This document shows, one piece after another, positions 28,555-39,646 of a stretch of 64,000 nucleotides of DNA; position 1 is the stretch's first letter; every line of letters begins with the position of its first letter. Both the position numbers and the translations under genes were made by a program. Source of the DNA: Oscillospiraceae bacterium (lineage in GTDB: Bacteria > Bacillota > Clostridia > Oscillospirales > Ruminococcaceae). The notes beneath the pieces are model-generated. The model made no database searches, was not told the DNA's origin, and worked only from the letters and a program-made list of their open reading frames with translations. The stretch is from NCBI GenBank assembly GCA_009786985.1, contig WRGW01000112.1, positions 2,330 to 66,329 on the forward strand, written 5' to 3'.

Positions 28555-30264
28555 ATGGAAAAAATAAAAGAAATCTTCGGAAATTGTAAAGAAACCTTTT
28601 CAAAATTACCCAAAAACACCAAAATCATCGCAATCGGTGGTTCGGGAGTTTTGGTGCTTGCACTAATTGGTGCGGTTGTAGTTGCCACTGGTGATAGCAC
28701 AGGTGGTAATTCTCCAGTTTTTATAACTACTGACGCAGAGAATGTCGAAGACTCACGTGACCAACGTGAAACTGACCCACCTGATGTAGTAGTTTCAGAG
28801 TATCAAGTTCTACTATGCGGAACAGTAATAAATGTTTTGACTGGTGAGGAAGTCGCTTTAGAAGATGTCACCTGCCCCGACACAAGAAGACAAGCAGAAT
28901 CAGTGATTGCTGCATTACTTACTGAAAGCGACATCGATGAAACCACTGCTGAAACCACACTTGCTACAACAGTTACGACTACTGTAGCTACATCACCAGT
29001 TGCGACAACGCCTGGAGAAACTACTCCTGCTACGACTACCGTGGCAACCACTACTGGTACAACTGCTCCTCGTAACTACACTAACGTGATTACACTTAGA
29101 GGTGGCGAAAGACCAACTGCTGATGCGTCTAATGATTGTGTGCGTGTCGATAGCATAGACAACGGTGCGTGGCGTATTTCGATTAGACGACCAGGGCGCT
29201 ATACAATTAATGGCACGATGAATAACGGCATAGTAGTTGTCGGGCGTAATGATGGTTTCCCAGGTGGTGAGGTACATCTCACTCTAAACAACGTTAATAT
29301 CACGAATAACGCAGGTCCTGCGATTCGTGCAACGAGCAGAGTGGGTTCTCTTATAGTCTACAGCCCTGCTGGAACGACTAACAATCTAACTGATACACGT
29401 GCACCAAGGCTTACTGACGAAGAACTCGAAGAAACAAACGCAAATGAAGATACGCTTGCAGATAATAATAACCGTAATGCCGCTTTGTTTACATCTGAAA
29501 CCCCGTTGACTGTAACTGGTAGTGGAACGCTGAATCTTCGTGGGGGACACGCACACGGTATTCACGCACGCGGAACGACTCTTACCGTTTCAAATACAAA
29601 TCTAAACGTTCAGTCGGCACACGCTAACGGGCTTCGTTCGCGTCACGCTATGGTAATTGATAACTCTCGACTTAATCTAAATGTAAATAGAAAAGGTTTA
29701 CGTGTGGCGGGTGCACAACATGGCAACCTCACAATTCGTAACGGCTCTATACTTAACATAACATCTCGTAGCGATGCTGTTCATGCTGAAGTTAATGTTA
29801 ATATTCTTGGTAATAGTAATATAACCGCAACAGTTGGCGGTGGCTTTGGGAGAGGTAACAACGTCCCTGCAGATATCGGAAGTAGACGTGGTATTCGTGC
29901 GACAGGGAATATCGTTATTACTGGCGGAACTTTTGTTCTTGACGTAGCTGAAGACGGCATTAACGCTTCTGGAAGTACTACGGTTAATAACGCAACTTTG
30001 AGAATTGCAGCACATAATCGCGGAATACGCGGTCAATCTGGTTTAACTCTCAACAACACCACTACAACGATTGCTTATTCAAGATTGGCGTTTCATGGTG
30101 GTGGTGTGCGTGGCTCACACGTTACAATCAATGGTGGAAGAACTACTGCTCATTTCTTAGAAACCGTAAACAACATGAATCTTCCACGATTCACTCACCC
30201 AGATAATGTTAATTTTAGCAGATGTCAAGGAAGAAATTGTAACGTATCACACAACGTGAGTTAA
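28555..30264 (+). CDS. Membrane-anchored carbohydrate-binding beta-helix protein (Cthe_2159/DUF4353-like)
   Basis: N-terminal TM, Thr-rich linker, ITISxxGxY-like and V.L.LNNVNITN motifs, GSGTL, DAVH, EDGINA; gene context VTC-DUF4956. Confidence 0.75.
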   Translation: MEKIKEIFGNCKETFSKLPKNTKIIAIGGSGVLVLALIGAVVVATGDSTGGNSPVFITTDAENVEDSRDQRETDPPDVVVSEYQVLLCGTVINVLTGEEVALEDVTCPDTRRQAESVIAALLTESDIDETTAETTLATTVTTTVATSPVATTPGETTPATTTVATTTGTTAPRNYTNVITLRGGERPTADASNDCVRVDSIDNGAWRISIRRPGRYTINGTMNNGIVVVGRNDGFPGGEVHLTLNNVNITNNAGPAIRATSRVGSLIVYSPAGTTNNLTDTRAPRLTDEELEETNANEDTLADNNNRNAALFTSETPLTVTGSGTLNLRGGHAHGIHARGTTLTVSNTNLNVQSAHANGLRSRHAMVIDNSRLNLNVNRKGLRVAGAQHGNLTIRNGSILNITSRSDAVHAEVNVNILGNSNITATVGGGFGRGNNVPADIGSRRGIRATGNIVITGGTFVLDVAEDGINASGSTTVNNATLRIAAHNRGIRGQSGLTLNNTTTTIAYSRLAFHGGGVRGSHVTINGGRTTAHFLETVNNMNLPRFTHPDNVNFSRCQGRNCNVSHNVS

Positions 30265-30268
30265 GTCA

Positions 30269-30318
30269 AATGTTCGGTAACACCGCAGAGCATCGGGGTA
30301 TCACACCCGAACTTTCAA
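30269..30318 (-). repeat. Cassette repeat copy 2 (minimal)
   Basis: AATGTTCGGTAACACCGCAG...CACACCCGAACTTTCAA. Confidence 0.85.
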
Positions 30319-30356
30319 AAAACTCACCTGTCATTTTCAGACAGGTGAGTTTTTTT
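30317..30356. terminator. Bidirectional intrinsic terminator
   Basis: AAAAAACTCACCTGTC / GACAGGTGAGTTTTTT between convergent genes. Confidence 0.85.
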
Positions 30357-30372
30357 GCGACCATCAGCGACA

Positions 30373-31152
30373 TCACCTCACCACAAGTCCATAGGAACGA
30401 AACAATTCTTTAACACGTTTTGTTTCGGTGATTGTCGGTTCAGGCGTGGATTTCAGTTTGTAATCAAGGCTCAATTCTTCCCACTTGAACGCGCCGAGTT
30501 GGTGGAACGGCAAAATTCCGACTGCTTCGACGTTGGAAAGCGTCTGAATATAAGACGCTAATTCGTGAAGTTCGTTTTCGTTGTCAGTAAGCGCTGGTAC
30601 TAGTACGAACCTCACCCAAGTTGGGATGCTTAGTTCTTTCAAAAGCTCACTAAAACGCAAAACACGTTCCAGTTCGCCGACACCGCCAGTTGTCTTCTTG
30701 TATGTGTCAGCGTTAATACTCTTGATGTCGAGCAGAACTAAATCAGTAAGGTGCAAGATTTCTTTCACGTCGTCATCTATTTCGATATCACCGCAAGTGT
30801 CGAGGACTGTGTGCAAACCCTCTTTCTTGCACTCGGCGAACATGGACTTGGTGAAGTTTTTCTGCAACAGCGGTTCACCTCCTGTGAGGGTGATTCCTCC
30901 GCCCGAAAAGTGAAAATATGAGCGGTATTTTAACACGTCCTCCAAGACCTCTTCTACTGATTTGATATGAGCACTCTTGCTTTTTTTTCGCCAAGTATCA
31001 GGGTTGTGACAGTATATACATCGAAGCGGACAACCCTGCATAAAAACTACGTACCGAATACCAGGTCCATCTACAGTCCCACAAGTTTCGATTGAATGGA
31101 TTGTTGCAGTTTGGTTTAGATTTTCTATTACGATTACCTCATATTTTTTCAT
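30373..31152 (-). CDS. pflA: Pyruvate formate-lyase activating enzyme
   Basis: [37 protein letters not shown]. Confidence 0.95.
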   Translation of the reverse strand: MKKYEVIVIENLNQTATIHSIETCGTVDGPGIRYVVFMQGCPLRCIYCHNPDTWRKKSKSAHIKSVEEVLEDVLKYRSYFHFSGGGITLTGGEPLLQKNFTKSMFAECKKEGLHTVLDTCGDIEIDDDVKEILHLTDLVLLDIKSINADTYKKTTGGVGELERVLRFSELLKELSIPTWVRFVLVPALTDNENELHELASYIQTLSNVEAVGILPFHQLGAFKWEELSLDYKLKSTPEPTITETKRVKELFRSYGLVVR

Positions 31153-33376
31153 GGAAAGTTCTTTGAATAACATCAAGCTGTTGTTCTTTAGTCAGCTTGA
31201 CAAAATTGACGGCGTAACCAGATACACGGATGGTAAGTTGTGGATACAATTCTGGTTTTTCCATCGCATCAAGTAACGTTTCACGGTCGAATGCGTTTAC
31301 ATTTATATGATGTCCGTTATCGGCGAAATAACCGTCCAAAATTCCACAAAGGTTGTTTATTCGAGCGGTTTCATTTTTGCCAAGTGCAGAAGGTACAATC
31401 GAAAAAGTGTAAGAAATGCCATCGAGAGCATAAGCATACGGTAGGTTAGAAACTGATGCCAGTGATGCAATCGCACCTTTCTTGTCACGCCCGTGCATAG
31501 GGTTGGCTCCAGGAGCAAACGGCTCACCGTCTTTGCGCCCGTCAGGAGTTGCCCCGGTCTTCTTGCCGTATACTACGTTTGAAGTTATGGTGAGAATCGA
31601 CGTTGTAGAAACGGCTTCTCTATAAGTTGAATGTTTTTTGAGCTTGGTCATAAAAGACTTAACTAAATCAGCTGCAATTTCGTTGACTTCAGCGTCATTA
31701 TTTCCGAAAGCAGGGTAATCGCCTTCGATTTCGTAATCAATCGCAAGTCCAGTGTCATCTCTGATAGCTTTGACTTTGGCGTGTTTAATCGCCACAAGTG
31801 AATCCACCACGACAGACAATCCCGCAATCCCAGTTGCTTGAGTTCTAAGGATTTCTTTGTCGTGTAATGCCATCTGAAGGCTTTCATAATTATATTTGTC
31901 GTGCATATAATGAATGACGTTTAGGGTGCTGATATACAGCCCTGCTAGCCACTCCATCACTTGGTCGAATTTGCGGCAAACTTCATCATAATTGAGGTAT
32001 TCGTTCGTAATCGGAGCAAATTCAGGTCCTACTTGAACCCCGCTCTTTTCATCTCTGCCGCCGTTAATTGCATACAGAAGTGCCTTAGCTAAATTCGCCC
32101 TTGCCCCAAAGAACTGCATTTGTTTGCCGAGCTTCATCGCGGAAACGCAACAAGCGATTGCATAATCGTCTCCCCAGTATCCGCGCATGAGGTCGTCATT
32201 TTCGTATTGGATTGAACTTGTATCAATTGACACTTTGGCACAATAATTCTTGAACGCTCGAGGGAGATTTACACTCCATAACACAGTCAAATTCGGTTCA
32301 GGTGCGGCACCTAAGTTGTAGAGTGTACGAAGAACTCTAAATGAAGTTTTAGTTACAAGAGTTCGCCCGTCTTCGCTCATACCGCCGATACATTCAGTCA
32401 CCCACGTTGGGTCGCCTGAAAAAAGATTGTTGTACTCAACCGAGCGCAAAAATCTAACCATACGCAGTTTCATTACAAAATGGTCGATTAACTCTTGAGC
32501 TTTTACTTCGGTTAAAACACCGTTTTTGATGTCACGTTCAATATAAATATCAATAAAAGTTGAAACACGCCCCAAACTCATAGCTGCACCGTCTTGTTGT
32601 TTGATTGCAGCTAAGAACCCAAAATAAGTCCATTGAATAGCTTCACGAGCGGTTGTAGCTGGCTTAGAAATGTCAAATTCATAACTACTTGCCATCGCCA
32701 CTAATTCTTTGAGTGACTGGATTTGTTCGCTGATATTCTCTCTAAGTCGAATAGTCGCATCATCCATTTCAGAGCAATCAAGCTCTTTCTTTTCAGATAA
32801 CTTTTGTTCGATTAGAAAGTCAGTTCCATAAAGTGCTACCCTGCGATAGTCACCGATAATCCGCCCACGCCCATACGCATCTGGAAGCCCAGTGATAATT
32901 CCGCTTTTACGAGCTTTTAGCATCTCTTCGGTGTAGACATCAAACACACCGTCATTATGTGTTTTACGATATTCGGCGAAGATTTTTTCAGTATCAGGGT
33001 GGAGTTCATATCCGTAAGATTTGAGAGCACTTCTAACAACGTTTAGTCCACCAAAAGGCATAATCCCACGCTTGAGAGGTTTATCAGTTTGTAATCCTAC
33101 CACCTTTTCAATATCACGATTGATATACCCTGGTTTATATGCCGAGATTTTAGAAGGCACCTTGGTTTCAGCGTCAAGAATGCCGTATTCATTTTCGATT
33201 TTGCAGTATTCTAAAACACACTGCCATAGTTCAATTGAATCTTCAGTCGGCGGTTGTAAGAAAGACTCGTCACCCTCATACGGGGTATAGTTTAAGTCGA
33301 TAAATCCCCTAACATCAATCTCACGCTCCCACAAACCAGATTTAAATTCGTTCCACCCAATACGTTCGTTATTCAT
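31139..33376 (-). CDS. pflB: Formate C-acetyltransferase
   Basis: [32 protein letters not shown] glycyl-radical motif. Confidence 0.98.
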   Translation of the reverse strand: MNNERIGWNEFKSGLWEREIDVRGFIDLNYTPYEGDESFLQPPTEDSIELWQCVLEYCKIENEYGILDAETKVPSKISAYKPGYINRDIEKVVGLQTDKPLKRGIMPFGGLNVVRSALKSYGYELHPDTEKIFAEYRKTHNDGVFDVYTEEMLKARKSGIITGLPDAYGRGRIIGDYRRVALYGTDFLIEQKLSEKKELDCSEMDDATIRLRENISEQIQSLKELVAMASSYEFDISKPATTAREAIQWTYFGFLAAIKQQDGAAMSLGRVSTFIDIYIERDIKNGVLTEVKAQELIDHFVMKLRMVRFLRSVEYNNLFSGDPTWVTECIGGMSEDGRTLVTKTSFRVLRTLYNLGAAPEPNLTVLWSVNLPRAFKNYCAKVSIDTSSIQYENDDLMRGYWGDDYAIACCVSAMKLGKQMQFFGARANLAKALLYAINGGRDEKSGVQVGPEFAPITNEYLNYDEVCRKFDQVMEWLAGLYISTLNVIHYMHDKYNYESLQMALHDKEILRTQATGIAGLSVVVDSLVAIKHAKVKAIRDDTGLAIDYEIEGDYPAFGNNDAEVNEIAADLVKSFMTKLKKHSTYREAVSTTSILTITSNVVYGKKTGATPDGRKDGEPFAPGANPMHGRDKKGAIASLASVSNLPYAYALDGISYTFSIVPSALGKNETARINNLCGILDGYFADNGHHINVNAFDRETLLDAMEKPELYPQLTIRVSGYAVNFVKLTKEQQLDVIQRTFHEKI

Positions 33377-33409
33377 ATGACCATGAATTCCTTTCATCTA
33401 TTAGAGTCT

Positions 33410-35800
33410 CTAAAATACACTTTTGGCAATATCGACAGCACCCTTGGCATCTTTAGCGTAAAAATCCGCTCCGATTGATTTGGCATAATCGGCGTTTAGA
33501 ACTGCCCCACCCACCATGACTTTACAATCATGTCCGCGTGATTTCAAAAGCTCAATTGTTTGCTCCATCGGAGGGAGCGTGGTCGTCATCAACGCTGACA
33601 GCCCGATTAGCTTAACCGCATTTTCTATTGCACAATCGACAATAGTTTCTGGTGCAACATCTTTGCCAAGGTCGATGATTTTATAGCCATAATTCTGTAA
33701 CAGAACTTTTACGATATTTTTGCCAATATCATGAATATCGCCTTGAACTGTCGCCAAAATAATAGTGTTAATAGATTCAGAAGCCTCATCAGAATTTCCC
33801 GTTTCACCAGACTTAGCTACTTTTGTACGCACTAAATCAAAGCAGACACCAACAGTTTCTGCCGCACGAATCAATTGTGGTAAGAACAATTTCCCACTCT
33901 CGAACTCGCTACCGACTTTGTCGAGTGCGGGAATTAAGTGTTCGTTTATAATCTCCAGTGCGGGTAAAGTTTGCAGAAGATTTTCGGTAACACTAAGTGC
34001 ATCTTTTTTGAGTCCAGCAATTACAGCATCTGAAATCGAAATGCTTTTAGTCGAATCAGGCTTAGCTGAATCAATTTTAGAACCCGCTGAATCAGAATAT
34101 GCCTTGATATATTCTTCAGAATTGATATCGTAATCGTTTAAGGCTTTGAAAGCTCTAACAGCGTTCATTTCGCCAACAGCATTTGGATTTATAATCGGTA
34201 AATCAAGCCCGTTGTGTAATGCTTGAGTCAAAAAAGTCGCATTTAGAATCCCACGTTGCGGAAGCCCAAAAGACACGTTTGATACACCAAGAGTTGTTTT
34301 GCAACCGAGTTCAGCTTTTACAAGCCTTACCGCCTCAAGCGTGGTGAGTGCAGCTTTGGAGTTGGTCGAAACCGTCATAGTCAGACAGTCAATCAAAACA
34401 TCTTCTTTGCTAATTCCATAAGAGGTTGCGGCTTCTAAAATCGACCGTGCAATTTGTAAGCGTTCTTCAGCCGTGTCTGGAATGCCATTATTATCAAGCG
34501 TCAGCCCGATTACCGATGCACCGTATTTTTTTACGATTGGCAGAATTGCCGAAAGGCTTTCCGCTTTGCCATTAACCGAATTAACAATTGCTTTACCATT
34601 GTATCGCCTGAGTGCTGTTTCTATGACTAAAGGGTCGCTACTGTCTATTTGTAGAGGTAAGTCACATACACTCTGTAATGCTTCGGTAACAGTAAGCATC
34701 ATCTTACATTCATCGATTTCAGGTAGACCAACGTTTACATCAAGAATGTCGGCACCTGCTTTGATTTGCTCAAACGCTTGTCCTAAAATATAATCAGTGT
34801 CGTTATTTTTGAGGGCTTCTTTGAATAGTTTCTTACCAGTCGGGTTGATTCGTTCGCCGATTACACGTGGCTGGTCGAGCAAAACAGTTTTAGTTCCAGA
34901 ACATACCGCTACTATTTCGGGCGGTTTGACCAGTACTGGTTTTAGACCAGTCACAGCTTTTCTAAGTTGGCGAATATGCTCTGGAGTAGTTCCGCAACAA
35001 CCACCAAGAAGTTTTACGCCACTCTTTGCCATAGGTAGCATTTCTTGAGTGAATTCATCGGCGTTTAGCCCAAACTCACCAGTTACAGGGTCTGGTAGAC
35101 CAGCATTTGGTTTCAACGCTACTGGAACTTGGCTAAACCTCAAAAGTTCATTCGCAATGCCACTAAGTTCTTTTGGACCTAGTGAACAGTTTACTCCGAT
35201 TAAGTCTGCCCCTAATCCAGATGCCGTAATCGCAAACGCCGAAACCGGACATCCTGTAAAAGTTCGACCTGTATCCTCAAAAGTCATCGAGCAAATTACT
35301 GGTAAGTCTGAATTTTCTTTTACAGCGAGGATTGCGGCTTTTAGTTCAAGCAAATCTGAAAAAGTCTGCAAAGCGACCAAGTCCGCTCCTGCTTTTACTC
35401 CAGCTTTGACTTGTTCGGCGAAAAGAACATACGCTTCATCGAAAGACAAAGTCCCAGTAGGGCAAAGTAGCTGACCAATCGGACCTATGTCGTGTGCGAC
35501 TAATACGTCTGGAAAGTCACTAACTGCTTTTCGTGCGATTTCTACAGCAGTGGCAATTACTTCGTGAGGAGTTTTCGATAAATCTGATAGCTTATAACGA
35601 TTAGCACAAAAAGTATTCGCACTGATTATGTCAGAGCCAGCTTCAGCGTATGCACGGTTGACTTCGGCAACTTTTTGAGGTGAAGTGAAATTAAACAGCT
35701 CGGCAGCTTCTCCAGGTTTGAGCCCTCTCTTTTGCAATTCCGTTCCCATTGCTCCGTCGAATATTATAAAATCTTTCTTTAATAGATTTTGAAAAGTCAT
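33410..35800 (-). CDS. metH: Cobalamin-dependent methionine synthase (homocysteine-, pterin- and B12-binding domains; no activation domain)
   Basis: FDGAMGT, GGCCGTTP, IGERINPTGK, DIHDIGKNIV, SALMTTT. Confidence 0.92.
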   Translation of the reverse strand: MTFQNLLKKDFIIFDGAMGTELQKRGLKPGEAAELFNFTSPQKVAEVNRAYAEAGSDIISANTFCANRYKLSDLSKTPHEVIATAVEIARKAVSDFPDVLVAHDIGPIGQLLCPTGTLSFDEAYVLFAEQVKAGVKAGADLVALQTFSDLLELKAAILAVKENSDLPVICSMTFEDTGRTFTGCPVSAFAITASGLGADLIGVNCSLGPKELSGIANELLRFSQVPVALKPNAGLPDPVTGEFGLNADEFTQEMLPMAKSGVKLLGGCCGTTPEHIRQLRKAVTGLKPVLVKPPEIVAVCSGTKTVLLDQPRVIGERINPTGKKLFKEALKNNDTDYILGQAFEQIKAGADILDVNVGLPEIDECKMMLTVTEALQSVCDLPLQIDSSDPLVIETALRRYNGKAIVNSVNGKAESLSAILPIVKKYGASVIGLTLDNNGIPDTAEERLQIARSILEAATSYGISKEDVLIDCLTMTVSTNSKAALTTLEAVRLVKAELGCKTTLGVSNVSFGLPQRGILNATFLTQALHNGLDLPIINPNAVGEMNAVRAFKALNDYDINSEEYIKAYSDSAGSKIDSAKPDSTKSISISDAVIAGLKKDALSVTENLLQTLPALEIINEHLIPALDKVGSEFESGKLFLPQLIRAAETVGVCFDLVRTKVAKSGETGNSDEASESINTIILATVQGDIHDIGKNIVKVLLQNYGYKIIDLGKDVAPETIVDCAIENAVKLIGLSALMTTTLPPMEQTIELLKSRGHDCKVMVGGAVLNADYAKSIGADFYAKDAKGAVDIAKSVF

Positions 35801-35805
35801 AAACT

Positions 35806-36291
35806 TTAATTACTCCTAATTCCTACAATTCTCGTAATTGATTTTTGAGGCGTAAGCATAAATGAGTCCAGAACACAAATCCCGATTTTTTTTGAAGCGT
35901 CAAGCACTGTAACAATCTCACGGTTGACGCTTAACGGAAAATCACCGTATCCTGGGCTGAACCCTACTGCATTTGAGTTTGCAACAACGCTCGATAATTC
36001 CAAAACCTCACAGTCTTTTTCACAACAAAACTTATGCAATCGTTTGCCTGAAAGCCTATCTAAAATAAAAGCACCAGCCATGTCTTCGAGCTGAAGTTGT
36101 CGCAGTGTTTTGTCAAATTCCGATCCGAGAGTAGCGGCACTAATCAAGAGCTTTTTACAATCCTTGATATGATGTTTGATGTCATCGCCGATTAGTGGTA
36201 CCGGACAGCCTTCTACAGTAAATACTCGACCTATATATTTCGGAATGAATCGGTTTAGAATGTCTTCATATTGCTTTTCGTCTATAGTCAT
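35806..36291 (-). CDS. Stand-alone methionine synthase activation-domain protein
   Basis: AATLG, FSPGYGDFPL, P.KSIT.IVG; between metF and metH. Confidence 0.85.
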   Translation of the reverse strand: MTIDEKQYEDILNRFIPKYIGRVFTVEGCPVPLIGDDIKHHIKDCKKLLISAATLGSEFDKTLRQLQLEDMAGAFILDRLSGKRLHKFCCEKDCEVLELSSVVANSNAVGFSPGYGDFPLSVNREIVTVLDASKKIGICVLDSFMLTPQKSITRIVGIRSN

Positions 36292-37154
36292 AGCAGACCT
36301 TTGATATTATCGTAAATTTTTCGGGCGACATAAGGGCTATTCATAGCATAAAAGTGAATGCCCTCTACGTTGTTTGCAATCAAGTCGATAATTTGTTCTG
36401 TTGCATAAGCAATTCCCGCATCACGCAATGCTTCAGGACGCGATTCATACTTGGCAATCATTTTCGCAAATTTAGGCGGGAGTGACGCTCCACACATTGA
36501 CACCATACGTTCAATCTGCTTTTTGCTAGTGACTGCGATAATTCCAGCAGATATCGGAACTTCAATTCCGATTAGCCTTGATTTCTCGGCGAAATCATAA
36601 AAAAACGCATTATCAAAGAATACCTGACTAATTAGCGTTTGGCAACCAGCGTCTACTTTTTTCTTGAGGTTCTTTAAATCAGCATTTTTATTTTCCGCCT
36701 CACTATGACCTTCTGGATAACAAGCAGCCGATACCTCAAATCCGCCTTGTTTGATTATAAACGCCGCTAAGTCTGAAGCATAGGTGAAATCGTTCTTTCG
36801 TGGAATGTCGGGGTTAATATCTCCTCTAAGTGCGAGTATGTTTTCAATGTTATGAGCTTTTAGAGCAGATAACGTTTGTTCAACTTCAGTTTTAGTTGAA
36901 GCCACACAAGTGAGGTGAGCAACAGTTTCTATTTTGCACTTGTTTTTTATTAGCGATGAAACCTCAATCGTAGGTGTGCCACCGCCAGAGTCGCTCCCTC
37001 CAGCACCGCAGGTCACACTTATGTAGTCTGGTTTAATCGATGCGATTTCTTCAAGTGCGGCATAAATTTTTTCAGTCGCCATCCCTTTTTTAGGAGGAAA
37101 AGCCTCTACTCCGAATACAGTTTTACCTTTATTATATATTTGTGAAATTTTCAT
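36288..37154 (-). CDS. metF: 5,10-methylenetetrahydrofolate reductase
   Basis: EAFPPK, VAHLTC, LALRGD, ACYPEGH, HFYAMN. Confidence 0.95.
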   Translation of the reverse strand: MKISQIYNKGKTVFGVEAFPPKKGMATEKIYAALEEIASIKPDYISVTCGAGGSDSGGGTPTIEVSSLIKNKCKIETVAHLTCVASTKTEVEQTLSALKAHNIENILALRGDINPDIPRKNDFTYASDLAAFIIKQGGFEVSAACYPEGHSEAENKNADLKNLKKKVDAGCQTLISQVFFDNAFFYDFAEKSRLIGIEVPISAGIIAVTSKKQIERMVSMCGASLPPKFAKMIAKYESRPEALRDAGIAYATEQIIDLIANNVEGIHFYAMNSPYVARKIYDNIKGLL

Positions 37155-37343
37155 TATATTTAGAACTTCCCTTGTTTGATTTTTCTATTCTATCACTATT
37201 CTATCACAAAAATACGATTTTGTCAACAGATATTGCCCTACACCGAAACGGTGAAGCGTTTCGGGTTGATTTTTATGAGATTTTACAAATTATACAAATT
37301 GAATTACTATAATGGTAATCGACTATAAACTTAGGAATGTATA

Positions 37344-37376
37344 TTTAGGGCTGTTGATTTATTCAACAGCCCTAAA
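37344..37376. terminator. Hairpin after the DUF4097 gene
   Basis: TTTAGGGCTGTTGA-TTTAT-TCAACAGCCCTAAA; near-identical inverted copy at 63858-63890. Confidence 0.7.
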
Positions 37377-37379
37377 GGT

Positions 37380-38267
37380 CTAATATACACTCATAATCCT
37401 AATTCTACCAGAAGTCAAATTCAATTCTGCGGTTTGAATATTTTCTCCACCGAAGTTTATTCCGCTTGCTGTACCTATTCTTCCAGAATCATCACCTAAC
37501 TCATAATGAATTCTCCCTGAAGTCACCCTACTATTAAGCCTAATGCCAGAGTTTTCAGGGAGGTGAATGTTCAAATCTCCACTTGTTACGTTTGCTTTGA
37601 AAGATTCGTTCCATTTTACATATCGCAACGTAACATTACCAGAGGTCAGTCTAACCTCGCCATTACCCGAAACGCCGTTTAAATCTACTGTGCCAGAAGT
37701 CACCCTCACTGTATAGTTTTCGTAAACAGAAACATCTGCTTCTATACGCCCGCTGGTAATTCGTGTATTTAGATTTTTACTATCAAGCGTGAAGTTTTCG
37801 GTGGCGAGACTTCCGCTAGTCAAACGTAGATAGATGTTGTCATATTGTCTTTTGGGAAGCCAAATTCGCATATTAACTCGTGCGTTAATGCCGAATAGTT
37901 GAATGCCCCGTCGCCATCTTTCACGAACGTAGAGTGTATCGTTTTGCACTATAGTTTCGAGCGAGGCTAAATTATTGCTATGTGAAAACTCGATTCTCGT
38001 TTTTTCATCATCAGAAGCGGCAATCACTATATTAGAACTTACACCATGTATGTTGACGTTTGAGAATATTTCGTCTATTTCGGTTATTTCGCCATTGTTT
38101 AAGTTGGTACCAGTAATATTCGCAAAATCACCCCACGAAATGTGTAGATACGGCATAGTATCGTTTGGCGAACTTAACATAGTTACAGCAAAGCCCAAAG
38201 ACGAAATCGCAAATACAGTTGCAAATATAATTGCCAAATTCCTAATTAGTTTTTTTGATTTTTTCAT
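37380..38267 (-). CDS. DUF4097 family beta-strand repeat protein
   Basis: N-terminal TM/signal, repeated xTSGx motifs; context PadR-DUF1700. Confidence 0.8.
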   Translation of the reverse strand: MKKSKKLIRNLAIIFATVFAISSLGFAVTMLSSPNDTMPYLHISWGDFANITGTNLNNGEITEIDEIFSNVNIHGVSSNIVIAASDDEKTRIEFSHSNNLASLETIVQNDTLYVRERWRRGIQLFGINARVNMRIWLPKRQYDNIYLRLTSGSLATENFTLDSKNLNTRITSGRIEADVSVYENYTVRVTSGTVDLNGVSGNGEVRLTSGNVTLRYVKWNESFKANVTSGDLNIHLPENSGIRLNSRVTSGRIHYELGDDSGRIGTASGINFGGENIQTAELNLTSGRIRIMSVY

Positions 38268-39100
38268 GCTGAAACCTCACTTTCTGATATTTCTGTTGTT
38301 TCTGAACATTCTGATTCTTCCAATTGGGTGGATTTAGGTGTGAAAACCTTTTTTCCACAAATCCACATTCCGTGAAGGTCTATAATTGATTTTATGCAAC
38401 CTATAAAGCCTTTAGCAATGCTGATTCCAAGAATCCCTCCAAGCCCACTTAGCGCTAAGAACGCAATTCCGAGGAAGACCATACCCATTGTTGAAATCGA
38501 AGTATCAATTACTAGTGGCAATACAAATGATATTGGCACACCAAGTACTAACGCAATACCGGTTCCAAAAAAACTTATTACTATGCTGAAATAACCGAGA
38601 ATAACTGAGAACAAAGCAGGAATCGCCCACGAAAATACAAATATATCTAGGGCAAGAATCCCGATTAATCCGCCAATGTCAACTTTATTCCCAAACTCGT
38701 TAACTTGAGAACCTATTTTATCGCCAATCTCAGAAGCCTGATTTCTTACGGCAGGCATAAAGTGAGTCAAATGAATTGCCTCATTTATGCCCTTGCTTGG
38801 CTTACCGACTACATTTGCAAATTCTTCAAAATTTAGCTTTAACTTTTCGGACTTGAATTTACTGTCGGTGTTTGTTGTTTGTTCGTTATACTGGCTGGCG
38901 ATTTCTTTAACATCGCCTAAGTTTTCACTGATTTGTTGTTCGGTTAAACCGTGAGAAATACCCTCTTCAAAATGCCTTTCAAAATCATTTAGAATTTCTT
39001 CTTTTTCATTCGGCAAAATTTTAAACTTATCAAGCTCGCTCGAAAGGTTCACCATAAATTCAAACGTGCTATTATTATGATTTTTATTCATCGCTACCAC
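38264..39100 (-). CDS. DUF1700 family membrane protein
   Basis: E.EEIL.DFE.HFEEG...GL.E..I...LG motif then TMs. Confidence 0.82.
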   Translation of the reverse strand: MVAMNKNHNNSTFEFMVNLSSELDKFKILPNEKEEILNDFERHFEEGISHGLTEQQISENLGDVKEIASQYNEQTTNTDSKFKSEKLKLNFEEFANVVGKPSKGINEAIHLTHFMPAVRNQASEIGDKIGSQVNEFGNKVDIGGLIGILALDIFVFSWAIPALFSVILGYFSIVISFFGTGIALVLGVPISFVLPLVIDTSISTMGMVFLGIAFLALSGLGGILGISIAKGFIGCIKSIIDLHGMWICGKKVFTPKSTQLEESECSETTEISESEVSA

Positions 39101-39407
39101 CTCCGTTTATTATTTTTTTGACACCATTTATAAATTCTTGCCATTCTTGTAGCTGAACTTGTTTTGTACGTTCGCCCTCTTCAGTAATTGAATAGTATTT
39201 ACGTGGCGGACCTTCCTGCGATTCTACTATATATGAATCAATGCTCCCTTGCTCTTTAAGTCTCTTTAATAGCGGATAAATCGTGCCTTCGGTAATCTGC
39301 ATACACGCCGAAATCTGGTTGATTAATTCATATCCATAACAGTCTTTACGGCTGACAATTACTAACACACACATTTCGAGCGTTCCACGCTTTAATTGTG
39401 AATTCAT
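39084..39407 (-). CDS. PadR family transcriptional regulator
   Basis: QLKRGTLEMCVL, YGYEL, EGTIYPLLKRL, GPPRKYY. Confidence 0.93.
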   Translation of the reverse strand: MNSQLKRGTLEMCVLVIVSRKDCYGYELINQISACMQITEGTIYPLLKRLKEQGSIDSYIVESQEGPPRKYYSITEEGERTKQVQLQEWQEFINGVKKIINGGGSDE

Positions 39408-39646
39408 ATATTTCCCTCCTTTTGGGTTTGTAGTTTAACCAAGTACATAACAACACAAAGTACTTTATAATCATTATAGCACACATTGTTTTATTTTACA
39501 AGGCTTTTTGCGAAATTTCTTGAATTTTTTTAAAATTGCAAATCTAAAACGCATTTTCAAGGTATTTTTAGTGATTAACTGAATATATTTTAACCAATAT
39601 TAAGGACAAACTAAGAGCAAATTTTATAACCAAAGGAAGTGCAATA

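Noticed and set aside
37155-37340. SAM riboswitch or T-box upstream of metF-metH
   Set aside because: The promoter-like TTGACA sits close to the start, leaving too short a leader; no S-box core seen.
39596-39630. CtsR box upstream of clpC (GGACAAA-CTA-AGAGCAA)
   Set aside because: Too many mismatches to RGTCAAA-NAN-RGTCAAA.
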